Shown here piece after piece: positions 1 through 12,785 of a stretch of 64,000 nucleotides of DNA (positions within the stretch are counted from its first letter, which is position 1; the number at the start of each line of letters is the position of its first letter). A model generated the notes under the pieces. The model had not been told where the DNA came from, ran no database searches, and saw only the letters and a list, made by a program, of their open reading frames with translations. The DNA comes from Piromyces finnis finn (taxonomy: Eukaryota; Fungi; Neocallimastigomycota), in assembly GCA_002104945.1 (NCBI GenBank), contig MCFH01000063.1, forward strand, positions 186,001 to 250,000. The letters are read 5' to 3'. A program made the translations under genes and the position numbers.

Positions 1-973
1 ACAAAGTATCATAATGTAAATATTAGTTTCACTCTTTAAAAAGTTCATTGATGTTAATTTATACAATTTGCATATATATATAAACTAATAATTAGTATAA
101 AAGTTAAAGACATATTAAAAACTTATTACGTTATTAATAGAAGCTATTTTAATTTTAATAGTATTTTTTTTTAAAATAAAAATTTTATTCCTCTATCAAT
201 GAACCTTTGCACTTTTTTAAATTTAAATTATTTTTAACCAATAAAATTAATGGAAATTTGTAAAAGTTAAAAAAGTTTTGAAAAAAAGAAATAATGAAAG
301 CTTTTATAATAATTATTATTTTCATTTGGTATATTACAACTATAAGTGAAAATAAATGTGTAATTTTTATTAATAAGAAATATTTATGATTTTATTTTTA
401 TTTATTGAAAGGTTAAATAATAAATAAATAAAAAAAAACTTTATTCAAATGATTTTGAGCTATCGGTTAATGCTACATCATTCAACTTTTTGCATTGACT
501 ATTAATATCTTTTCATTAAAAAAAAAAAAACACCTAATGATTTGAATTGCTAAAAATTCAATTGATCACTCTAGCTTTTTTATTACTATAAAATACAAAT
601 AGAATCAAAAGGTATCAAAAATGACTTTTTAGGTTCATCTCAAAATGAAAGCTCAATACTACATTTATTACTTGAGGAAATTATCGAAATTTTGTATTTA
701 GCAAAAAAAATATTAAAATATTTATTACTATTATCTTTATTTATTAATAATAACAACATCAATAACAATATTGTCATTATTATTATAGTTATAGTTAATA
801 TTAATATTCTCTTTCAATTCATATTTCTTTTTAAATTCATATGAGAATAAAATTTATATTAATAACTAACTAAATAACTAACTAACTAACTAAATAAATA
901 AATAAATAAATAAATTTTAATATACTAAATGACTAATTAAATTTTTATTAAAAAAATTCAAAATTCAAAATTC

Positions 974-1005
<32 letters not shown>

Positions 1006-1223
1006 AAATCTTAAAAAAAAAAAAAAACATTTTTCGGTTGAATCTTTTGAATCAATTAAAAAATAAAAATAAAAATAAACCGAAAAATAGAAATAAGAAT
1101 AAAAATAAAAATAAAAATAAACCGAAAAATAGAAATAAGAATAAAAATAAAAATAAAAATAAATATAAAATATAGAAAAAAATTAATGTATTATATGTAT
1201 TATAATAATTAAAAGTTAATATT

Positions 1224-3652
1224 ATGAAAACAATATCAAGTTTGTTTGTATTATTTTTCTTTTTTGCTTTAGGCTATGGTACAATAATTTGTTATTGATT
1301 CTAAATTCATTATATAATTATATGTATATTTATTCTAATTTTAATAATGCATTATAATTAATTACATATTTGTTTTTTTACTATTATGCAATCATTTATT
1401 TTAATTTAAAATTGTAATTTTTATATAAAAATTAGCAAAAAATTACAAATTCAATGTTGTTTCTATTTTAGGGGAAAATTCATTTATAGGTGTTAAATAT
1501 GGCAATGTTATAACACCTTTAACACCACAACCATTTCCATGTAAGAATGTATAAAAATATTATTTTTGATATATTATATTTAAAATTCCAAATGTTTATT
1601 CAAATAATACATAAAAATAATTATTGAAAATGTTTTTATAATTATTAATAAAAATTTCTTTTGACGGTAATATATATACCAAAAAAAAAAAAAAAAAAAA
1701 AAAATAGTATTTAGTGGTTTAATAAATGCTGATAAAATTGAAGAATATAAATATGTCGAACTTAACAGTCTTGGAAATGTTGTTGGTGAAGAATCTTTAA
1801 CTAGAACATATTCTGATGAAAATTCAAAAATTAATGAAGTATATAATAGGTAACTATTCGTGATTTTGATGATAGTCTATTTATTTATTATGGAAGTTTA
1901 ATCATTTTTATAATTCATTTTGAATTATCATAATTTTAAAATTTTAAAATCTTAAATTTAAAACAACAACAACAACAACAACAAAAAAAAAAAAAAAAAA
2001 AAACAATTTTTAATAAATAAATTTAATGAAGCTAATATATTATTATTAATAAAAATATTATATTTATTATGTATAACATACAATATAAAAATTAATGAAT
2101 TTCAATTGTACAAAGATCAAATAAAAATATTAAACTTCCTGAACTTCCAAAACCATTTCAACAAATGTTCCCAATGGGTTCCAAAAAATATCAACCACTT
2201 CCCAATGTTATTTATAATGTATATGCTAAATGTGATGAAGCTGCCTACAAAAATTTATCTAGTCAACCATTTTTAAATGGAACTAAACAACAAAATGATA
2301 ATTTAGCCATTTGTCAATTTACTATCATTTCTCCAGAGAATGTATTCCAAACAACAGGTTCTATTCATGTTATTGGTTATGGTAGTCGTCTGTATAAAAA
2401 ACTTTCCTGGACCATGAAATTTGATAAAAAATTTTTAGGAAGAAAAGCTATTAAAATGAGAGCAATGGCAAATGACCCTTCTCTTATTCGTGAAAAGTTT
2501 GCCTCTGAATTATATAAATCAGCAGGTATTCCAGTACAAGAATGTACCTATGCTCGTTTCTTTATCAATGGTGATAATTACGGTTTATATACTATGTTGG
2601 ATAGTCTTAATAGAAAATGGATTAAAAATTATATCCATGGTAATAGTAAAGCTGATATTGGTTTTGCTTATAAACTAGATTCCGCTCATCCTGAAGGACC
2701 ATTTGCTGATTTTAAATACATTGATGAAAACTATTTATCCTATCGTAAAAGACATACCTATAAAATTGATGAATACGAAGAGGATAAGTTAAATCCAATG
2801 GAAGAATCAAAACAATATTATCATTTAGTTCAGTTTATAAAACTTTATCGTAATTGGGTTGTTAACTATGGCAATGATTTTTCGGATAAAGCCGTCATTG
2901 AACTTGAAAAGTTCTTTAATATTGAATCCATGCTTAGGGTATTAGCAGTAGAATCATTAACCCTTGCCACAGATAATTTCTTTATGGTAATGAGTAATTC
3001 AGATTTATACTACAACCCAGAAAAGAAATATTATCAAATTCTTCCATTTGATTTTGATCGTATGCTTTGTGGACCATTTGACAATGTTATGTTTGATCCA
3101 GTGGGCTATATGGATGATTGTATTACATGGGTAAATTATGATGAAAGTCACTTTGATCACTATTTCACCAATAATTTATTGAAACATCCACAAATCAAGA
3201 ACAGATATGACGTTATTCTCGCAAAAATTAGTAGATATACTTTTGATAAAAATGTTGTTGCTCGTTATATTCATGCTGTTGCTGATTTTATTAGAGAAGA
3301 TGTACAATGGAACTTTGAATTAAATGATAAATTAACTATTTCTTACAATGGTATTCATAATCATTTTACTGTAAATGATTTTGAAAATAATCTTGTAAAT
3401 AGAAATCTTGAACTTTCGACTTTTACCAAAAATAATATTACTCAAATTGATCTTATGCAATTTATTGAAATGAGAGGGGATCGTTGCAGAGCTTATACGT
3501 CTTCCATAGATTTATCGAAAAACAAAAATCATTCATTTGATATTGATTTAACCGATGATGTATTAAAATCTTCAGGTGTCTCATCGATAACTAAAAGGAG
3601 TTTTATGCTACTTTTTACCTTCACTTCTGTCCTTTTATTTTTTATGATATAA
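1224..3652 (+). CDS. CotH-family protein kinase, secreted, probable GPI anchor (4 exons: 1224-1278, 1437-~1541, 1708-1849, 2116-3652)
   Basis: Signal-peptide exon MKTISSLFVLFFFFALGY, GT..AG introns spliced by eye in frame into the 495-aa ORF. CotH motifs GYGSRLYKKLSW, DPSLIRE, FFINGDNYGLY, TDN..SN..LY...ILPFDFD. Ser-rich then hydrophobic C-terminus (SSGVSS...MLLFTFTSVLLFFMI). Confidence 0.9.
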
Positions 3653-3881
3653 GAGGAAAGGAATTAAAATAATATAAAAAAGATGAAGAAGAATCATTAT
3701 AATACACTCTCGCTGCATTATATTTCATTACTTAATATAGTCAAAGAATTTATTAATTCTTTGTTGTATTATATTAATATATATTTTTTTTAAAAAAAAA
3801 AAAAAACAGTAATAAAAATTTAATAGATAAATATAAAATATAGTAAAATAACTAAAAATAAAAAAAAAAACTAAAAGTTTA

Positions 3882-3921
<40 letters not shown>

Positions 3922-6322
3922 CAATAAAACAACAAAATAATAAAATATTGTAATATAATATAGTATTACAAGTGTATCTTGAAAATTATTCCTTTTATAT
4001 AAATTATGATTTATTTTCTATTATGATGAAACTATTAAAACAGAAAAACTAAATATTATTTTTATAAAATTTGATTAAAATTCAAACTAGAAATTTTAGA
4101 AAAAAAAAAAGAAAAAAAAGGACAATTAATATGGATATATTTTTATTCTCTTCTTTATTATTATTGCTAATTTAAACAAAAGTTTAAAAATACATATATA
4201 AAGAAATAACAACTATTCATGTTTTTATATTAATTAAATATATATATATAAATTTATTTTTTTATTTATAATAATTATTTTTAATATTTATTATAAAAAA
4301 GCGATATTTTCTTTTAATTAGTTTTTAATTAATTATTTGGATATTATAAAAATAATATTAATTAAAATACAGTAGAATTAGTAATTTATAATACTAATGT
4401 TAACACGATTAACATATTAAATAATAAAAATATGATAGTTAGGTAGCAGCAGTCATGTATTATGCTTATTTTTATGAAACAAGAAAAAATATGAAAATTG
4501 CAGATACTCTAGTTATGATGATATAGATATGCCTAAATATTTTCATTAAAAGTTTAATAAAAATGTATATTTAAACCTGTAATTAGAATTATTCAATAAT
4601 TTATAATTATAATTAAATGTAATAATAATTAGTTTAAAGCACTTTTAATAAACTTTATTTAATAATAAATTTTATTTAGTAATTTGGTAATTACAAAGAT
4701 TTAAAAAAGAAAGTTAAATTACACTTTTATTTTTATACTAATTGTGGATTGATAATAATAAGTATAAAAATACATAAACAACGAGGATTGAAACGTATTT
4801 ACATTAGTTTAAAATACAACGAGATTTAAGTTTATTACATATATTTCAAATTTATTTCTCTTTATTTTAACAATTAAATAATAATGATATATAAAGAAAA
4901 ATTAGCCTATTTTTTATGATAAAATTTTCATATAAATTTTTAACCCTCTATCTTTTTAATTTTGCCAATATTTATATATACTTTTTATCTTCTTTTTTAT
5001 ATAAAATTTTAATTATTAAAATATCATTTTTTTTTATTCATATTTAATCGATTATTTTTACTTTATCATTATGAATATTCATTTATTATAATAATAATTT
5101 AAAAAATTATTAATCTTAATTATTATAATTATTTTTTAATATATTCTCCGAGACAAAAAATAAATCATAGAAAGTCATAACAATAAAATATCTATCATAA
5201 ATCCAATTAAAATAATAAAATTATAAATAAATAAATAAATAAATAAAATTATAAATAAATAAATAAATAAATATTAATAGAAGTTTATAGAAATGCCAAT
5301 TTTTTCAGGTTCATATTAATAAATCAAAAAAAAAAAAAAAACTTTTTAAAATAATGTAGAAAAAAAAAATCTTATTCTATTTTTATGAAATATTATTATT
5401 GCTGGTTCATTTAGAAAATATTTAAAATTTTATAAATTAATTAGTGTTAATTAATAAAACTTGGCGAAAAAAATATCCTTTTCAAAATACAAAACAAGTA
5501 AATAAACAAACAAAGGAATAGCATAAATATATTTTATTATAAAAATCATAAAAGATAATTATATAAAAAAAGATATTATTGCTTTTGAGTAATATAATAT
5601 AATATTATTTATTATACATTTATTCATATATAGTTTTTTTAATTAAAAATAAGATTTCTATTTACCTGTTGTTGAATAATGTTATTAAACTTTAAAATTT
5701 TTTATAGCTTAAATCTAATTATTATTAATATAATAATAATATTTTTTCTACTTTATATTTAATAATATTATTATTTCTACTTTTTATTATTATCTCTACA
5801 TTATTTCTTAAAATTAATGCAAAGTCCTTTTATCATTTTTTTCTATTTTATATTTTATGTATGATCCCTTTATAATATTATTAATAAAAATTTTAATATT
5901 TCCATTTATATTCAATATTTATTAAATTAATTTATTAAAGTTTATTTAAAAACTAGAATATTCAACTTTACTTTAGACTCAATTCTCAAATATATAATAA
6001 TAAATAGAAATTAAATACAAATTTATAGTTTCCATTGAATTAAAGTATACAAACTTTAATTGAAAATGGTGTAACCTTAAGAAAAAGTATATTTTTAAAT
6101 GTGTGTAACGGGAATATTTTTTTTTCTCTTAAAAAGCCAAAAACCAAAAACCAAAAAAAAAAAGAAATATCCTTTAAATAATAAAATATTTCCTTTCCTT
6201 TAAACTCTAGAAATACAAAAAACATTTTAACAATAAAAAAAATAAATGTATTAAAAACTAAAAAAAAAAACTAAAAAAAAAAAAAAAAATTTAAATTCAT
6301 TTTATTATAAAAAAAAGGTACC

Positions 6323-8519
6323 ATGAGAATTAGATCTTTTGGAATTATAATTTCTTCAGTTGTAACTCTTGTAAATGGTAAAAGAAAAAGCATATAATAG
6401 TTTGATTTTATATAAAAGATAATAACAAAAGTATCCTAGGGATAAAAACAAAATATAAAGAAAAAAAATTATATATTAAATTATAACTATATAAAGATGA
6501 AAGACAAAAATGATATTAATATTAAATTTTATGGTTTAAAATAAATAAAAATAGCAAAAAGTCATTTTTTTAATGTCATATCTATCTTAGGTGAGGGCTC
6601 ATCTATTGGTGTTAAATACAATGGTATAGTAAAACCACTAGCAGTATCTACATTTCCATGTAAGTAATTAATGTCCTGTTAATTGCATGAAATATTGAAA
6701 AAGAGTAAATGAATACAAAAAATTAATAAAAATAAATAAAAAATTATATATATATATAATTAAATAATTAGTATTTAAGGGAACAATAGAAGCAGATGAT
6801 ATCAAGGAATATAAATATGTCTCACTTGATAGCAATAATAATGTATTAGAAGAAGAAACTATTAATAGAGTCTATTCAGATGAAAATTCTAATATAAATG
6901 AAGTATATAATAGGTATTTATATATTTATTTCTATATATATTTTATTTTAAGAATAAAATATTAATTTTTTTTTCTATTTTATGGAATTAACTATAAATG
7001 ATATAGATCAAATAAAGAAGTTACTATAACTGAACTTTCCCAACCTTTTAAACCAATGTTTAAAATGGGATCTAAAAAATTTCAACCTATTCCTAAAAAT
7101 AAAATCTATAATATATATGCAAAATGCCTTCAAGAGGATTATGAATATTTAACTAATAATCCATTTGTTGACAACCTTGTTAATACAATGGAAGTTAACT
7201 GTACTATTAACATTATTTCTCCAGATAGCGCCTATCAAAGCGATGGTTCTCTTCATGTTATTGGTTATGGTAGTCGTCAATATAAAAAGTTATCCTTTGG
7301 AATGAAGTTTAATAAAAAATTCTTAGGAAGAAAAGGAATAAAATTAAGAGGTATGCCTAATGATGCCTCTCTTGTACGTGAACCATTAACTACTGAATTG
7401 TATAAAGCAGTAGGAGTTCCAGTTCAAGAAGGAACTTATGCTCGTCTCTATATTAATAATGATATTTATGGATTATATAATATGGTAGATAGTTTTAATG
7501 ATCGTTGGGTCGGGGCCTATGTTCATGGTGATGCAAAATCCAAAATTGGTTTTAGTTATAAATTTTATTCATCTACTCCAAATGGTCCATATGCCAGTTT
7601 AAGATATTTTGGTGAAAGTGTACCATTATATCGTGATAGTGGTACTTATGCACTTGATGAATACGAAAAAAAGGATATTAAAGAAGATGATAGTCAAGCC
7701 CAATGGTCTCCTTTAATTCGCTTTACTAAATTATTCCATGATTGGGTAGAATCCTATGGTAATGATAATTCTGAAAAAGCTATCGATGAATTAGAAAAAT
7801 TTTTAAATATTGAATCTCTTCTTCGTTTGTTGGTTATTGAAACTCTTATCATGGCCCTTGATAATTTCTGGTTAGCTTTAAGTAACGTCGCCTTGTATTA
7901 CAATCCAGAAAGAAATAATTATCAATTTCTTCCTTATGACTTTGATTTAGGATTAATTGGTTCCAAGGATTCTGTTTTAATTGAAAAGGTCGGTTATTTA
8001 AAGGATTGCATTACCTGGGCCGAAAGTAAGGTATCTATAGTAGATCACTACTTTACAAGTAATATTATGAAGCATCCACAAATCAAGAAAAGATACGATG
8101 TTATTTTAGCCATTACCACTAGAGAAATATTTCACAGTAAATATCTTACTCCTTATATTCATTCCCTTACTGATTTAATAATGGAAGATGTGGAATGGAA
8201 TTTTGAAACCATTAATCATTTATCTATTGCCTACAGCGGTAAAGAAAAGCATTTTACTCTTCAAGATTTCTTAGATAATTTAGATTATGATAAGACCAAT
8301 TATGATAAGGCAGCCAGATCAAATCTTCCTCAACTTGGTCTTTCTGAATTTATTGATTTAAGAGGAGATTATTGTAGAGCCTACACTTCAAATGTCGATA
8401 TTTCCAATAATGTTAATATATCTGATGATGTTGATGTATCCTCTGGTTCTTCCTCCCTCGTTAAATCATCCTCTCTTCTCTTGACCTTTGCATGTTTATT
8501 ATTTTTATTTTTGGCATAA
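6323..8519 (+). CDS. CotH-family protein kinase paralog, secreted, probable GPI anchor (4 exons)
   Basis: ATG at 6323 (MRIRSFGIIISSVVTLVNG), same exon layout as the 1224 gene. Main ORF has GYGSRQYKKLSF, DASLVRE, LDN..SN..LY...FLPYDFD and ends SSGSSS...LLLTFACLLFLFLA. Confidence 0.9.
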
Positions 8520-8829
8520 GTCAATAGAATAAGTATATAGAAGTCAAAAAAAAAAATACAAAATGATAATTTTATTCCCCCTTATTATCATGTCAGAAAA
8601 AAAAAGTTATAAAACATAAAATAATATGCATAACAAAAAAAAGCATATAACTATACAAAATACAATAGCAATGATTATATAATTACAAATATAGAAAAGA
8701 AATATCTATTAGATATTATCTAACCATCAATCAACAAATATATTGTAACTAAACTTTCTATTTTTATGAATTTTGTTATAATCAAATCATAGAAATAGTT
8801 ATAATACCAATCAAATATTATTAATAATT

Positions 8830-8985
8830 AATAATAATACTTAAACAATAATGATTAAATAATTAATATCAATACTTAAAAATAATAACAATAATGATTA
8901 AATAATAATATCAATACTTAAAAATAATAACAATAATGATTAAATAATAATAATAATATCAGTACTTAAAAAATAATAACAATAA
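8830..8985. repeat. Minisatellite, about 4 imperfect copies of a ~37-40 bp AT-rich unit
   Basis: Recurring AATAATAACAATAATGATTAAATAAT..ATATCAATACTTAAA units. Confidence 0.75.
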
Positions 8986-9667
8986 TTATAAAAAAAAAAC
9001 ATTATCTTATAAATTCAATATTAATAACATATATCCATCTTATACAAATATAATTATTTTTTTAAAAAAAAAATATTAATTAATAGGATTTAATATTGAA
9101 TCTATAAAATTTCATAAACATTTATTTTATTATAAATGAAAAGTATAATACCTTGTGAATTAAAGTAGTCCTTTTAATAGGATATCAAAAAAATTATTAT
9201 CTTTTTTTTTATTTCTTATATAATTCATTAGTATTAAATAATTTGCAATACTTTTTTTTTTTTGCCTATATTATTATCAAATACAAAAAGATATATCTAA
9301 TTCCATATCTAAAAGAAAACAAAGCAATATTAATATTAGAAAAATAATAATCAAATTAAAAGTAATTTTAGTAAAAGGATAAAGAAAAAAAAATTAGTTT
9401 TAAAAAATTTTTAATAAGTTTAAAGGATAAAATGAAAATAAAACAAATAAAACAAAACTCATTATTGTGTGTGTGTTTATTTTTTTCTTTTTTTTTTTTT
9501 AATTTTTATTAAAAATATTTCTTTTTTTTTATGTATTTTTATTTACAATTATTCTTTAAAAGTTTTTTATTATAATTTTAAAATAAACTCTATTTTTTTT
9601 TATTCTTTGCATTAGTTATATACTATAGTATAAAAAAATTTCTTAAAATAATTTAGATGAATGCCTT

Positions 9668-9944
9668 TTAATTATATCTGAACCACATTTCATTCTTATC
9701 ATTCAAGATTTCCAAATAACCAGTAAAACCACCATAACAAGCAGACATTCCAATATCAATGATAATTAATTTATCATTACATCTCGTAATCATTTCTCCA
9801 TAGTTTTGAATAGTATGGCCAACAATCATTCTTTTTGTCTAAATTATCATAAATAAATATAATGTTAATATAACCATTTATAATATAAATTAATTGATGA
9901 AGAATATAATAAGAAAATAAATAAAAATTATGCTATAGATAATC

Positions 9945-9979
<35 letters not shown>

Positions 9980-11759
9980 TTTTTTTTCTAAATAAGACTT
10001 ACATTTGTAAGAGTTAAAGTTTTTTCAACTTCAGGACAAATTTCACTTTCAGAAAGTGAAGCAAAATCTCTAGTACCTATTGGACTTTTATCACCATTTA
10101 TTATTTCATCTGAATAAAGAGGATGTTCAATTTGGTTTTTCTTTAATTCACATATATCAACAAATGACGGAGCTGTACTTAAAATATTATGAACATGATC
10201 ATTAATTTTTTTTAAACCGAGTTCAGCAAATTCTGGATATAAACTATAATATTAAAAAAAGGTTATTTTTTTTAAAAAAAAAAAAAAAGAATAATAATAT
10301 TCAATAATTTTTCTTTTACATTTCATTAATTATAACAAACAATAAAAATAAAAATTAAAAAAAAAAAAATTACCCAGCATGAACAAAAAGTGAATCCTTA
10401 ACAGCTACTGTAACATCCATTTCTTTTCTAAGTAATTTTCCATATTTACCATTTATGGAAAATGCCTTTTCACGTTCTTCTAAAGTATTGAATGATTTGA
10501 TATCATCGGCAGAAGTGAAGAAATATCTAGCTTGTAAATTATCGATTTCATGATTACCTAATAATAAATGGACAGCACTATCCTTCTTTGGAGCTTGCTT
10601 CTTTAAATTTTTCATTAAATCTAAAATTTTTTTAATTCCTTTTTCACGATCCATTAAATCACCCTATTATATATATATATATATAATTTTAATTTTTTAG
10701 TTAGTTTCTTGTTATTACTAAAAATTTTTATTTATGAAAATTTTAGTAGGTTTAACAGAAATATTTTTTTTAAAACAATGATTATCAACTATAGTAACTA
10801 TAATAATAATAATTATAGTTATAATATTGATAAAATTAAAAATAAGTACTTACAATTTGCACAAGAACAGTTTTTTTAGCAATCCATTGATTCTTTTTAT
10901 CAATAATTTTTGCATTACGTAAAATAGTAATTAATTTTTGATAATCTCCATGAATATCACCAACAGCAACAACACGTTTATAATCTTTTTTAGAGAGTTT
11001 CTTTGGATGACCATGACTAAGTAATTTATCTTTCCAGTGGAAAATGGAATTAAGTTTATTTGATTTAAATTTTGTACAAGAAGCGTCTTGAGTATTGGAA
11101 ATTCCTTGAAGTAAAGTTTCATTCTTGTTACGCTCTAAAATATTACAAATATCATTATCTAATATAAATGGAAAAATAGATCTCATTTCATAATTACTAA
11201 CATTATTGGAGGCTTTCATGGATTTAATGACTTGCATTGGTATTTTTTCTAAAAGGAATCCTGGAACCCCACCTTCAGGGACAGAATCATATGGAGTTTT
11301 TAGTTTATTTAATTTTAATAATCCTTTCATTATTTCTTTGATAGCATAATTTTTGTATTCATTATTATCATTCTTCAAGTAGTGACGATTACTTTCGAAA
11401 TTATTAAAAAGAAGAATAAAATCGTCTTCAGTGTAATTTTTTCCTGAACCCATTTTTTTTATTAATTTTTCGGCATTTGGATAAGGGGATTTAATATTAT
11501 AATATTTATTGTCTATTGGGTTGAATTCGGAGTTTACTGTAACAGCAAATACTTCTTTGGTCGTATCTTCTCTGTATTTAGATAAATCATCCACAAAAGC
11601 ATCAAATTTTATGGCTGGAGAGAAATCTTTTATGAAATTCAAAAATATTTATATTAGTTAATAAAATATTTATCATTACTACTACTACTAATACTACTAC
11701 TACTATCATTATCACTATTATTATTATGTTTATTATTATTATTATTATTATCATTATTA

Positions 11760-11808
<49 letters not shown>

Positions 11809-11809
11809 G

Positions 11810-11877
<68 letters not shown>

Positions 11878-12135
11878 GTTTATTATGTTTATTATGTTTA
11901 TTAGAATTAGAAATAAATATATAAATATATAGATATGTTTTTATTTACCCATAAGAGTTGAAATTGAATTAAGTGCATTATTTAATTCTTTTTTTACAGT
12001 ATCACATAAATTTCCATTTTTTTTTGAACAATAAAAGTTATAAGTGAAATTGTTATTATATTTAGTGTTTACTGCTTTAGAACTGGAATATTGAAAAGCT
12101 AATGAAGTCAATAATAATATTTTTGGAAATAACAT
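9668..12135 (-). CDS. Secreted Shewanella-like (Shelph) calcineurin-like metallophosphoesterase with ~250-aa N-terminal domain; multi-exon
   Basis: Signal peptide MLFPKILLLTSLAFQYSSS. Motifs across exons: VAVGDIHGD, GDLMDR, LLGNHE, FVHAG, IVGHT, IDIGMS. Last exon read on the - strand ends MWFRYN* with the stop at 9668-9670. Confidence 0.85.
11712..11895. repeat. (ATT)n microsatellite inside the first intron of the phosphatase gene
   Basis: Direct reading; accounts for the spurious poly-Ile ORF. Confidence 0.95.
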
Positions 12136-12337
12136 TTTTTTTTTTTAAATTAAATTATATTTATTTTTTATTTTTTGTTTATTTTTGTTTTCTATTGATA
12201 TTTATTTCTATATATATTTATCTTATTATTATTTTTATTTTATTTTTATTTTTGAAATTGTTTTTTTTTTTAATTAATTAAAATGATTAACATAAAATCA
12301 TTTAATTTCTTTTTAATTTTTAGGTGTAAAAAAAGTA

Positions 12338-12374
<37 letters not shown>

Positions 12375-12785
12375 AAAATGACTCAAATTAAAATTAAATT
12401 ATATGAATAATTTTTTAATTAATTTATTAAATTAAATTTTATTAAAGTTTATATGATATAATTTTTATATGGTATGATTAAAGTTACACAAGGTAAAAAT
12501 GTTTCAATTGTTAAAATTAACTTTTTTTTTCAAAAATAATACATAATTAAGATATAAAAAAAATATATATAAATATATATAATTACTTTATAATAAACTA
12601 TGATATTTTCTTTTTTTAAGTATAGCAGAGTATAGTTTATTATTCATTACTGTTTTATAATTATAAATAATAAATGATATTTTTAAAAAATAGATATAAT
12701 TAAAACTAATAATCTTATTTAATAATGTATTTCTATTAATTGTCTTAACGGTATACTATTATTGTCTTTTATATATACATATTTG

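Noticed and set aside
11726-11932. Poly-Ile ORF
   Set aside because: (ATT)n microsatellite within an intron on the opposite strand.
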